64,000 bases of DNA from Catajapyx aquilonaris. Taxonomy: Eukaryota. Shown here piece after piece: positions 32,593-44,165 of this stretch (its first letter is position 1; each line of letters opens with the position of its first letter). Location: NCBI GenBank assembly GCA_000934665.2, contig JYFJ02001930.1, forward strand, positions 1 through 64,000. Direction: 5' to 3'. The notes under the pieces are model-generated. The model worked only from the letters and a program-made list of their open reading frames with translations, did not search any database and had not been told where the DNA came from. Position numbers and translations under genes: made by a program.

Positions 32593-32826
32593 TAAAACAA
32601 CAACAACATCATCATCATCACAACATTTCCCTATGAGGGGTAGTCAGCGATGAAGGGAGACACAAGCTAACCCAAATTTGAACTAAATTAAAACTTGTGG
32701 AAATAAAACTATAAACAACCTGTCCCACACCCCGGCCCATCTCAGACGACAGACACTGAATATTCAAGTTAAATATTACAATATGCAATATGGTACTTCG
32801 CCAAATCAAGCCCCCCCCCCCCCCCN

Positions 32827-32867
<41 letters not shown>

Positions 32868-35800
32868 CAACAGTAATAATGGATACCCCATGACAGGCCT
32901 CCTTGGGCCTCTCAGGGGATCATCTTTTAATTGACCATCTTTATTCATTGCCTGTCATGTGATGGGTTTTGATAGCGGGAGGAAACGGGAGAACCCCGAG
33001 AAAACTCAAGCGAACATGGAGAGAACCCATCGAAACACTTTCCACATAAGTGTCCTCTGCCCGACCCGGGGATCGACGTGGGACCTTAGAGGTGGAACGC
33101 TGTGGCGCTAACCACTACACCACGTCCCCCCTAAGCCCGAAAGGGCATCACGAGGGTAAAATAAAAAAATAACGAAATAAATAAAAATAAAAATAAAAAA
33201 TACACCACCATGTCACCTCTTCATATGCTTATAATGCACACTACTGCATACTGATTAATGAAACTACCCAAACATGCCAAATTAGGTAACCCATAACTTA
33301 ACCAAAAGAATCTGTCATTTTCTTCTTCCATCTTGTCCTTGCCAAATATACCAGAAAAATAATGATTTTGACCTTTATGGCAAGTGTTAGAGCAGTGACA
33401 GGTGGGAAAATGACCCCCCACCCCACCCCGCCCCTCCAGTATTCAGTGCTTTCCTCGCGTGGGATAGGAAGCTGAATAATCAAAAACAGCATATTTTCCA
33501 CCAACAGACCACGAAATAGGCTGTTATAGCCGAGATGAGGTGAAATTAGTCTGTTATATGAGGAGTAAAATACACAGGGCTTTATGGAACCAGCCTTTCA
33601 AGTCTGTTATAACCGAAAGTCTGCTACAGCCGAGGCTGTTAAATCTGGATTCAACTGTAGTAAAAACTCTCTCTCTGTTGAATATGAGTAGGCACTCAAT
33701 CAAAAAAATTAAAAAGGCATTACCACAGAATCCACTGATGTGGTAATTTGATGACATGATTTCAGTATTTGGCCATTAACAATTTACTTAGGCACGTCAC
33801 GCAGGGTGTCCAAAAGTAAGCTCAGGCATTTGTTTTCAGACATGTTGCAAGGATCTGCTTGCAGCATCCAATCGGCATTTATCCCATACTTGTGTGCCGC
33901 CTAGCGGCAGTTTCCATGTATAAAAAGGGAGGAGGGTTTGGCCCTCACAGACTCTCTCTCCTTTATTTGTTCACTCCTGCAATACACTGATTTAACCTCC
34001 CACCTAACTCTTATTCCCACACCCTGCGAGCGAGCCTGGTCAGGGGTCAGGTCAAGAGTCCTGACAAAGTTGGACTCCTTGGAATCAAATTCAACCAGAG
34101 ACGTCTCTTGAGCCTTCAATAATAGAAGGCTCAAAAGATGTATCTGGTTGAATTAATAATATGAAGGGTTGCCCCGAATAATGTTGTAAGTGATCATTTT
34201 CACCAATGTCACTTACAACATTATTCGGGGCGACCCTTCAATTATTGACACATCACATTGGTGCCACACAAACACGGCACCTACAGTAAACTTCACATAT
34301 GCCATTATCCAGGATAAGTTAAGAATGCCCCTAGTGGTTAATTTCCCCATGACTAAAATACAATACTGAATTGCAATAGATTTTGGCATCCAGTACTTAC
34401 ATCCAATGACTCAAGGCAGTACCAGCAGAAGACGTGCTTGCACCGCTTGCACATCATCTGCGCACAGCCAGCATCTTTTTCAATTGGAACCCTACAAGCT
34501 GGGCATCGCTTGATGAACTCAGAATCTTCTGGAATGCCATCGTCGTCATCGTCGTCGTCATCCTCTTCTGGTATGCCTTCATCCTCTGATTCAGATCCTT
34601 TGCTCTTAACCTTGGAACTACAGCACAGATGTTAATTTATGCAGCTGAGTAACTAACAATGGAAATTCTTCCGCATTGTGACTTTAGGGTGCTCACCTCC
34701 TTTTTCCAAGCCCCTTCCCTTTGCTCCTTCGCCTCTGTGCCACTAGCTCCTCACAGGTGATTCCTCCATGCCAGCTCTTGCGACAATTGGAACAGAATTC
34801 GTTGGCACATGTAGGGCAGTGCACTATCTGTGGGGCACATCTCTCCACAGGACACATTTTGCACACAGTCTCACAGCCAGCACGGGGACACCACGTCCTA
34901 CATGCATCTAAGTCCACCTCTGAAATGGTCATTGTCAAGTTACACATTTTGTCATGCTAGCAGAGTGAAGTGAGGTCACATAATAAATTTGATTACACTT
35001 GGAACAAATATATTGAGGCCAATATTGATATCATATTCTGCTGCTAGAAAGTATGGCTGTCTGAAGATTTCCTTATTACAAGATATGTACATGAATTTTT
35101 CTGCTATTTTTAAAGTAAACATAAATGTACTGAGAAAGAACCAGAGGCACAGCCAAAACCTCCAACCAAGTAAGTAATTACAACCTACCATACCTGTGGG
35201 CACAAAACTTAAGATCTGAGCTTGGTTCGGCCACTCGATAACATTATTTTCAAATCCATGCATGCAGCCTTATCAACTGCTCAATTGATGAGTTGAACCC
35301 TAAAACCCCGATTTTTCAAATGTATTTTTCCCACCCTTCACTGCAGGTGGTTTCTCTTTCTTCCCCAAGAAGGGACTTCACTGACATTTGCCTCAAGGGA
35401 CACTGCACTCAAGTTAAAAGTTGGGTTCTAAAAATCTGAAAAGAACCCCTAATTCCAAAAGTGTGATCCATTATTTTCAAAACTGAAAGCCCAGGATGAC
35501 AGATCAAGTTGGCAACAACGCTGTTGTTAGGTAGCTAGTAGTGTCAGGAAAGAGGTGAGAGACATTTATTGGAAATCATCTGCCAACCCTACCTCCAAGC
35601 AGAGAACATGCAAGTCACCTCTCTCTCCACACAGACAGACTCATTCTATCCCTATCTCCTAAATTTGACCTTTCACCATGGGCTTACTTGCCAGTGCTTA
35701 TAAAATCAAATTTCACCTTCACAATCAAGATATTTCACCGGATATTTAGATCTCCATTTCCTAATCAAGTCAACTGCCCCTTGGGTTTCTGCTAATTGTG

Positions 35801-38800
35801 GAAGATTGAAATGGGTCATCTTTCCAAGAAACATTAATCCTGTATGGCCCAACAACAGAAGACATGTTTGCAGCAATGATTCCCTTTTTTGGTCCATTGC
35901 ATTTATGATAACAGACTTAAGATATTAAGTACTGTACTGTACAAATTGTGGCTATAGACAAGATGTGACTGTCCACTTGACAGTTGAGCCTGTAAATGCA
36001 GAAAATATCTACACATGCAAAAGCAATCCAAGCTTCACACAAAGAATAACCATGTGCTACAGTACAATAGCGCTAGGTGCTAGGTTTCAAATGTTGCGTG
36101 TAATGACAGCCTTAAGCATCACAAAGTTCTTGTACACACCTCGACTGAGACGGAATCGGTTATGCTTGTTCATGAGGTCATTCCCAGCAAGATTCTCTAT
36201 TTCAGCTGCTGAGATGACACCCTGCTTTTCACACTGGGGATCTGGGCAAGAGATGTCATAAGCACCCTGCTGAATCTCAAACTCGACGTATGATTTCAGG
36301 CACTGAAAATAAGGAGAATTATTATTAACAATTGCAGGTCATTTCCAGATAGTTGCATTATTATAACGATTAACATTGGAAAGGATCCCTTCCAGTCTGA
36401 TTGATTTTGCTGTAGAGTAAGGTTACTGGAAGTAGTTCCCAATATTAGGTTTTAAAAAGCATTGAGACTTGGTTTATAAATATTTTTTGTCTCAGTACTG
36501 CAAATCTGGGCTTGAAAGCTGAGAATTTGCAATATTTTACATTTGAAATGGTCACAAGAGGTGCTAGACAATGGCTTCAATTTTAATTTTAATGACAATT
36601 GCTGTCATTTTAGTGACATTTTTTCACTAACAAATATTGAAATAAAATGAATAATTATGTAGCCTATACATATTCCCATTGAAATACCCAATTTGAGGCA
36701 TTGACACATTGTTCAATCTGCATTGATTTAATTAAGTTTAAGCGAGTAATACTATGATAAAACCCAAAACTAAGAATCCATTTCTCAAAATAAATATAAT
36801 TTATCATAAACATATCCATTTGTTTGGTCATTGCAAATATAAACATTCAAGTTCTTATCTCAGAATATTTTTTCAATGGATTTTAGTGGACACACCAGGT
36901 ATTAAACCTGACAAAATAAAACAGGGATATTCGACCTCAGTCCACCTGTTTTGTAGCCTGTTAGGTGTGAGTGTAGCGAGAGTATCCCAAATGCCAAGTG
37001 TCAACTGCTGGAGGTCATTTCTGACCTTGACCTGGTAGCAAATCTTTTTCACATGACCCCACCAGAAAAAAATCTGGCAGGTTTACTCTAGGCAACACCT
37101 AATAGGCTATATTATGCTGACACATCTCCCACACAACTCATGATACAGCTGTTGCCTCACCAAGGGTAGTAGTACAGTACACCATGTAGTTGCAAGGCAG
37201 TTCAAGCTGGTAATTGCAGAAGAACATAAATCTCGTGTGTGTCCAGGAACAAGGCACTGGTCAAAGCACAAATCCACAATGTTGGTAATGATGAACAATT
37301 ACATGGCCTCTTAGGTTTCCTGTGGGGTTACGCAAAAAAGCACTGCATACCAGCTCAAGGTCAACGTCAGCAACCAACACATGGAAAATGAGAAAAATTT
37401 GGCAACCCACAAATTTGGTGTCAAACACATCCAGTGTTGGGGGAAACCATTTTCGATGGCTTAGATTGGCCTTTTATTTATTTATTTATTTATTTATTTG
37501 TTTGTTTGTTTGTTTGTTTAGTGTTGCCTATTATAGCAGACACTTTTTGTATAACATACCAATACTGCTACATTATGGGTTTCATTGTAGTAAGCATGAC
37601 TTCATACTTAGGGCCAGTTGCATGGATGTAAATTAAAGAGCAAGGGTGGAATTTTTGTCATACTACTAGTGACTACTAACTTAGCAGTACCATTGCACTC
37701 ACTAGTACTGCTAAGTTAGAAGTAACTAGTAGTACAACGAAAATTCCACCCCAAATCTCTGATTATGTCGGATTGTGTGTTGTGAATTCCTATACACAAA
37801 ATCTAAGATTTACCCTAATTTGTGTTCATAAAAACAGCCCATATGCAGTAGTTCAGTTTAGTTTTATTGTATAGGCTACCGTGTTAAGGCTATTCCCTTT
37901 ACATAGGGGGATCCCCCAGTATGTCGAATTTACATGAATATTCACTAACATGTCAATGTATGTCACGTAACGTACCAATTAGACAATACAGGATGTTTTG
38001 CTGAGATGTCTAATAAAATAAAAATTCATAACTTAAAAAGTACTAGTTGTAATGAGAGAAGGTATGCGCCGATGGAAAGATCGGATTTCATTTTTTAAAT
38101 GAAGCGCATTTGGACACATAGCGTGCATGTGTAGAAGCTATAGCCCTGCGAGGCGTCAGTCACCATGTTGTAGTCATGTGGCCACCACAGCATAAGGCCT
38201 TTTGTGTGCTGCCGCTTGCGGAATTCAAGTCCGTGACGCATGTACAGAGCCGTTTCCGTCGCGAGTATGGTCTTGGAACAAAGGCAGATGTCCCCACATA
38301 CAGTATGTGGCTATTGTAAAATGGGACAAGAAGCTCAGAAGAACAGGAAGTTTGTTGCCAACGCCTGGCTTACATGCCAAACGTAAGGTATCTGAAGAGA
38401 ATGTTGAGCGAATTCGCGATGCATTTCACAAAATAGCGAAAAAATCCATCCGACGAGCCAGTGGTCAGCTGAAAATCGCACCAACAACTCTCCATAAGGT
38501 ACTGAAAGAAATACTTCATTTACGTAACTACTGTACAAGATTCAGCTCCATCAAAAAGTGAAGCCGAATGACAGAGTGACCCGGAAAAACTTCATGCAAA
38601 CAATGTTGGATGTAATTGATGCCGACGGTGCATTCTTAGACAAGGTGTGCTATTCTAAATAATGGATAATAAATAAATAATAATAATGGATACCCCGTGA
38701 TAGGCCCCTTGGGCCTCTTAGGGGATCATCTTTTGAATACCCGACTTTAATCATTTGCCTGTAATGTGATGGATTTTGATAGTGGGAGGAAACGGGAGAA

Positions 38801-41689
38801 CCCCGAGAAAACCCACGCGAACACGGAGAGAACCAATTGAAACTCTATCCACATAAGTATCCTCCCGACCCAGGCTGTGGCGCTAACCACTATGCCACCC
38901 TGTCGCCCCATACAAGGTGTGCTATTCAGACGTGGCAACTTTCCATGTTTCTGGAAAAGTTAGCAGACATAACTGACGTATCTGGGGGTCTGAAAATTCG
39001 CACATTGTGTATGAACAGGAAAGGCATTCTCCAAAATGCAATGGGTGCAGTGGGGTGATGGAGGACAAAATCATCTGTCCCTTTTTATTTCGCGGAGGCC
39101 ACGGTAACAGGACCAACATACCAGGACATGTTAGAGCAATACTCCGTGTCTCAACTTCCCAAAGGAACAATTTTCCAACAAGTTGGGGCTCCCCCTCACT
39201 ATGTCAATAATGTCTGTACATTCTTGGATGGATTGGAAGAGGATTGGGTTCATTGCATCGCCCCCTAGATCACCAGACCTAACTCCACCTGACTTTTCCC
39301 TGTGGGGGTTTATAAAAGACCAGATGTACTGGCGCATACCTGCTCTCATTACAATTAGTATTGCGTAAGTTATGAATTTTTCTTTTATTATACCTCTAAG
39401 CTGAACACCCTGTATATGAATGACAGTGTCTACAGTACAAAGGGAGATAAGTGGGGGGTATTTGTTTACACTATTTACATTCATAATGAGATGTCACACA
39501 ATCGCAGTTTAGAAATTACAGATTTGAAGAAGGCTCCTATTATCCGTTGGTTGGTGCAAGTGCAGCAGTAATAAATGTATCTTATCTGGAGGTAGGTTTG
39601 GAATGTCTTTTAACATCTTACGTTGAGAGTCGAAGAATGTACAATTGTAAAGTAAGCGATATAGATTGAATTCTTCCTCGCTGTTGCATAGTGAACAGGG
39701 ATCGTCTTTAGACCAGTGCAACTTATACCCTTCAAAGTAGATATAAGGAGCTCCAGAGCGTAATGAACATAACAATCGCATCAGGTACAATGGTTGATCA
39801 TCAAACAAATAATCCTGGCTCCTAAAGGAGGGCTGGAGATCTTGATAATACATGCAGCCCATATGCAGTACTTCAGTAAGTTGTAACCTGAGTTTAGTTT
39901 TCCCCCTGCACTTCAGGCATTTTTAGACATTCAAAAGAAGTTAAATAAATAAAATATATTCATTTTCAAAGGAAGATGAAAGTTGCAACAATTACCCCAT
40001 TTTATGGCAACCAGGGACAGAGGATGGCTCCTCCAGGGTGTACCATCCCCCTGGTCAACCTAATTTAATACCAACATGCCATTTCTTGCAGGGTAATAAG
40101 GTAACAAGTCGTTGTTTTTCACTGACCTATAATCTGATTTTTATAAGGTCCTAATGACTTCACCTTTATCATCATTGCTGTAGTTTGATTAGTAATGACA
40201 ACAATGTGCTATCTAGCCTAGGTCAAGGTCACTGCTTAACTTCTTGACAACCAACAATTTTTCCTCTCCTTGGGAATTCTCCATGGAGGACTAGTCCCAT
40301 TTTCTTCTTATTTATAATTTAAGCAGTGTTATTGTGAGAAATATTGAGAAAATAAGCTAGAATGTTTCAGATAACTAAATTGTCATGCTTTATATGGAAA
40401 CCAAGTTTAGTGAATATTATAGACCACATTTACATAACTTCTGAAGATAGATAGTAATTGGATAGCATTGAAATGTGTTAATAAGAAGTGGAGGTCAATC
40501 AAGAGAAAAATTGTGTTGCAATACATCTCGACACTATCTATCAAAGCATTACAACATGCCCTAGGCTTTTGCCACAAAATATAAAACCCTCATTGCTACC
40601 ATAACGTACCTCCTTGCAGAACCAACACCGGCAAGCCTGAATCTCCAGCATGTCCTTCGTGCGAACGTCCATGAGGCAAACACGGCAAGGGACATAATGA
40701 TCCTCCTCTTCACTAGCACATCCCAGGGACAGCTTCGAAGATGCTAAGCTCATCCGACTACTGCACCGGGAGCACACACGGGATGATGCATGGACCCGGA
40801 GCCGGTTGACTGCTTGCAGGGGCCGTGGGGTCCCGCCACACAGTCCGTTAAAGGCCAGTGAGCCAAACCCACTGTCTGCCATGGCCTCTCCAGTCGTTGA
40901 TGAAGAGAATCCAAGCACACTCAGCTTGGAACCAAATAAGTTGCCTCGGGAGCCTGAATGGGCCAGGCGATGCAGCAGGTTCAGTCGGGAATTGTTGCTG
41001 GACCCAGCATTCCTACACCGCTTGGGATGCGAGGACAACACTGAGACATGGGTAGTTGCTGAGGAACTGTCCACATTAGACAGTGCCAACACAGTCTCAC
41101 ACTTCCGCATGGACAGGATGTTAGACTTGGACACACTGCTGAACCCATAGCCAGATGAGAGGCTCTTTGAGCTTGGGTCTCGCTTAAGAGGAGATCCCTC
41201 TGAATGTTCGCTTACAAGCACAGCAGATGGCGCCTGAGTAAGAAGTTCCCTCTCTAAGTCGTCCTCAGATGTGGACACCACATTACTTCCAACACTGGTC
41301 TTCCGGGTAGCTTCCACCACAGGCTTATCATTCCGGGGCATATCGGCCCTGGATCGAGAGCGCTTGACCAGCGTTCGGAAGCTAGGCATGTTGTTGACCG
41401 AGGTGGTGGTGGTGTCAGACCAGGTACTGCAGCTCCGGGGAGATGCACTGGAGTCAAAGCTTGTTGTGCGCTTGAGCCACTGAGCTACCTGCTGTGTAGG
41501 GGTCAGCTGCTCTGCCACCACTGCACCGTAGGAGGAGGGGGCCACCAGCGGGCAAAAAGGCACTGTGACCACTTTGCTGGGACGGAGGGGAAGGCCGCTA
41601 GCCACACGACGGAAACGGATTCTGGAGATCTTTCGGGTTTCACTGGGTTCCCACTCGTCGCTGAGGACACGTGTAGGAGGACCATTCAT
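31315..41689 (-). CDS. RNF144A: RNF144-like RBR E3 ubiquitin ligase, whole gene model (5 coding exons, ~648 aa)
   Basis: complement(join(31315..31578,34401..34617,34697..34919,36140..36302,40610..41689)); GT-AG introns with consistent phases; RING1, IBR, RING2 (GCAQMMC) and C-terminal TM helix typical of RNF144. Confidence 0.93.
31806..32527. mobile_element. Tigger-like MITE inserted into a (TAA)n microsatellite
   Basis: TA|CGGTGAAACCTG ... CAGGTATCACTG|TA; AAACCTGTCCATAACGG repeats; (TAA)n on both flanks. Confidence 0.75.
32827..33130 (-). mobile_element. SINE family B copy
   Basis: Reverse complement of 12918-13226 including tRNA head, core and (TTA)n tail. Confidence 0.88.
34162..34240. 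repeat. 79-bp near-perfect hairpin (mini-MITE) in RNF144-like intron
   Basis: TGAAGGGTTGCCCCGAATAATGTTGTAAGTGA / TCACTTACAACATTATTCGGGGCGACCCTTCA, 32-bp stem with one G-T pair. Confidence 0.85.
34401..34617 (-). CDS. RNF144A: RNF144-like exon, acidic linker and RING2 ([34 protein letters not shown])
   Basis: Hand translation; acceptor GCTGTAG|, donor GAT|GTAAGT. Confidence 0.95.
34697..34919 (-). CDS. RNF144A: RNF144-like exon, IBR domain (WCPRAGC...CPTC...[10 protein letters not shown]...C)
   Basis: IBR Cys/His pattern; acceptor ATTTCAG|, donor GAG|GTGAGC. Confidence 0.94.
36140..36302 (-). CDS. RNF144A: RNF144-like exon, RING1 second half ([24 protein letters not shown])
   Basis: Hand translation; acceptor ATTTTCAG|, donor GAG|GTGTGT. 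Confidence 0.93.
37644..37751. mobile_element. PIF/Harbinger-like mini-MITE
   Basis: GGGTGGAATTTT ... AAAATTCCACCC, 3-bp TSD CAA; palindromic; relative at 49356-49612. Confidence 0.8.
37989..39412 (+). pseudogene. Decayed Tc1/mariner-superfamily transposon with disrupted transposase
   Basis: TA|CAGGATGTT ... AACACCCTG|TA; HTH fragment ([11 protein letters not shown]...KKSIRRAS), [25 protein letters not shown], and [19 protein letters not shown]; stops, frameshifts and a SINE insertion. Confidence 0.88.
38657..38911 (-). mobile_element. SINE family B copy (internally deleted head) inserted in the transposase
   Basis: Reverse complement of family B; 16-bp TSD ACAAGGTGTGCTATTC (38640, 38912). 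Confidence 0.9.
39509..39862 (-). mobile_element. 3' fragment of a non-LTR retrotransposon ORF2 (C-terminal zinc-knuckle-like region)
   Basis: LLCSLRSG...[24 protein letters not shown] resembles the LINE C-terminal CxxC...H...C domain, with His lost. Confidence 0.5.
40610..41689 (-). CDS. RNF144A: RNF144-like first coding exon: Ser-rich N-terminus and start of RING1 (CRVC...CRCWFCKE)
   Basis: ORF 40541..41689; in-frame stop upstream of ATG; donor GAG|GTACGT; acceptor CCCACAG| near 41751 implies an unlocated upstream non-coding exon. Confidence 0.88.
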
Positions 41690-41977
41690 AATGCGATGTC
41701 CTCGGATCCCAAGGACATGCTGCTTCCTGGACTGCTACCTGATGACCCCTTCTGTGGGAGGAAAAAATTTATGTAGTAATAGAAACTTCTTAAATCTCTC
41801 AAATACTATTTCTTGCACACTCTACTTGATGCACGTTCTCTTGGTTTAGTACTGGATACAAGCAAAATCAGTCTTCTGAATCTGGAATCTGCTAGGTATT
41901 TCTAGTACTGCAGTTGACAAATTTGAGAGCAAGTGCATCAAAGGAATCCTGTCAACAAACTGACTACTTGACATACT

Positions 41978-42299
41978 GGGGCCTTCCAGACGGGCCGACC
42001 TTAGCCGCGGCCGGCACCGGCACCGGCACCGGCTTGCGGAGCCACGGCTGGCCACGGTACCCGTTCAGACGGGCACATATTTAATTTATTTGTAATAGTG
42101 GCCGGTAGTCATGGCAGCGACGAAAAACAAGTGACGCGCAGTATCCGTCGCCGAGGCCAAGCCGTGGCCAAGCAGCGAGCCAACTTCCAGGAAGTCGGCC
42201 AAGAACCGTGGCCTGGCCGTGGCCGTTGCCGTGTGAACCGTCGCGGCCTCCACCGGCCGCGGCTGGCCGCGGCTAAGGTCGGCCCGTCTGGACGGCCCC
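41978..42299. mobile_element. GC-rich PIF/Harbinger-like MITE just upstream of the RNF144-like first coding exon
   Basis: TIRs GGGGCCTTCCAGACGGGCCGACCTTAGCCGCGGCC / GGCCGCGGCTAAGGTCGGCCCGTCTGGACGGCCCC; 3-bp TSD ACT. Confidence 0.88.
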
Positions 42300-43101
42300 A
42301 CTGTTCTACTTCAAAGCATACTATATAAAAATGTGTTTCTCCAGTACAACCATTAAAGATGAACTTGTGACATTTTTGTTGTCAATGGTAATTCCAGAAT
42401 TGGACACCAACACTAACATTAATGTCCATTTCCAATTCGAACTATTTCCAAACTAATTCCAAACTATTGTTGTGTCTGCATAGAACAGCATGCCAGTATA
42501 CCCCAGAGGAAACAGCTGGTCAGTGTAAAATGGAGCAATTTTCATGGTTTTCTCCTTCCCTTGATAATCCGCAAATAGGCTCTCTTCCTTCTTTTTTTTT
42601 ACCTGCTATGAAATGCTTACAAATGCCCTCTGTGAGAGGCAAAATGAATTGCAGGTTAGAAGTGAAGTATAATTATTGTGAACTCATGCTTTTTCATAAT
42701 AATTAGACCTTGCTCATAGAGTGGAGGGAAGGTCATATCTTATCACAAAAAGTTTGAAAGTTATTTACAGGAACATGTATAGTAGAACCTTCATGAATAG
42801 CCACAGACTGATGGGGATGAGATGGCATGGTTTTTATTTCCCCCCTGGGTTCTTCCCACTTCTTGGAAGAAATTATAGTTTTCACTTTACATATTCTACG
42901 AAAACCAAACCCTATATTGATATACCCCACTCTACGTCAGCATGCTAGTTCAGTAACCTGAATGGAATTTTCACACATCTGGTGACACTAATATTACTGG
43001 CAGGCTACTCTGTGCAAAAAAAAAAAAAAAAACATTTTAAAACAGTGTTTCAATGGGACGAAAAATGAAGATGCAACATATCATTCAAGAATATGTTAGT
43101 A

Positions 43102-43284
43102 CAGTTGAATCCAGATGTAACAGACTTCAAGGGACCGCAGAAATCAGTCTGTTATAACCAAGGTCTGTTATAGCCAAATACACAAGCCATACAATTATTA
43201 TAGAAGTATGCTGGCACTGCCCTTTCGCGTATGTTATAACCGAAAGTCTGTTGTAGATGAGGCTGTTATATCCGGATTCAACTA
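43102..43284. mobile_element. Tigger-like MITE
   Basis: TA|CAGTTGAATCCAGAT ... ATCCGGATTCAACTA|TA; TCTGTTATAACC repeats. Confidence 0.82.
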
Positions 43285-43822
43285 TAGCAGAACTCATTAG
43301 TGATGACTCTGTTAAATTCCTTAATTTGCGCCATGTAAATGTATATTGGTGTAGCACTATGCTAACCTACAGCCAAAATGAAAACCACATGCAACATAAT
43401 GAAGCTCATAATGATATTCACATTGATGGAAATGTTTCTGAATCTCTTGCATTGGTGGCAGCCCTCTGCCCAAGAGCACCTGCCAAGTACAAGCTTGGCA
43501 GAAGAATGAAAAGTGCATCCTCCCACGAGCAACTGCCCAGTCTCACAGTCAGAGTACCATGACTTATGGGCATACACGACACTTTCACCAGTACTGACCT
43601 GAACTCAGTTCTGAAACATATGGTATGGCAAGTAGAGCACTGCCCAACAACAAGTTAAATGAAGCAACAATCACAGCAAATGAACGTGGCCCTGACTGCT
43701 ACCAGTGGGTTTCTGGGGTTCAAACAATCCATAACTAGTCCCCAATTTCCTCCCTCTTCAACAACTGTGTTCATGAGTAAGTGGAAATGAGGGGTTGCGA
43801 GATTCTTATATAGATGTGGGCT

Positions 43823-44114
43823 AACCGAAGCAGGTTGGCATAGTGGATAAGGCGTCCGACTGCTAATCGGGAGGTCCTGGGTTCGAATCCCGGGGCCGGC
43901 AACTCTGACCGTGGTTTTCTGTGGTTTCCCACGTTCCTTCCAGGAAAATTCCGGAGTTGTTTCCGTAATTAATAGGCCACAGCCGCTTCCTTCCGTCCCT
44001 ATCCTATCCCAAAAAAGCGCAGTAAAATGAAAGCAAAGAGTTCCAGGCAAAACAAAAACTTCCCCCCTAAAGAGCCGATAGGCTGATAACGGGGTATGAA
44101 TTATTATTATTATT
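43823..44114 (+). mobile_element. tRNA-derived SINE, family A (full length)
   Basis: A/B boxes, (TTA)n tail, TSD TATAGATGTGGGCT; close match to 6378-6658. Confidence 0.92.
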
Positions 44115-44165
44115 ATATAGATGTGGGCTCATGATTGTTAAATGTATTGCATTTTTCAAAACATA

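Larger units (their letters stand above)
31662..33657. mobile_element. Tigger-like MITE (same family as 43102-43284) expanded by nested insertions
   Basis: Left CAATTGAATCCGGATATAAGAGACTTCAAGGGA, right ATCTGGATTCAACTG|TA; both halves match the compact copy at 43102. Confidence 0.7.

Noticed and set aside
39509..39862. LINE fragment as partner of the SINE tails
   Set aside because: Its downstream sequence lacks the CCTAA-stem-loop-ACGGGGT tail
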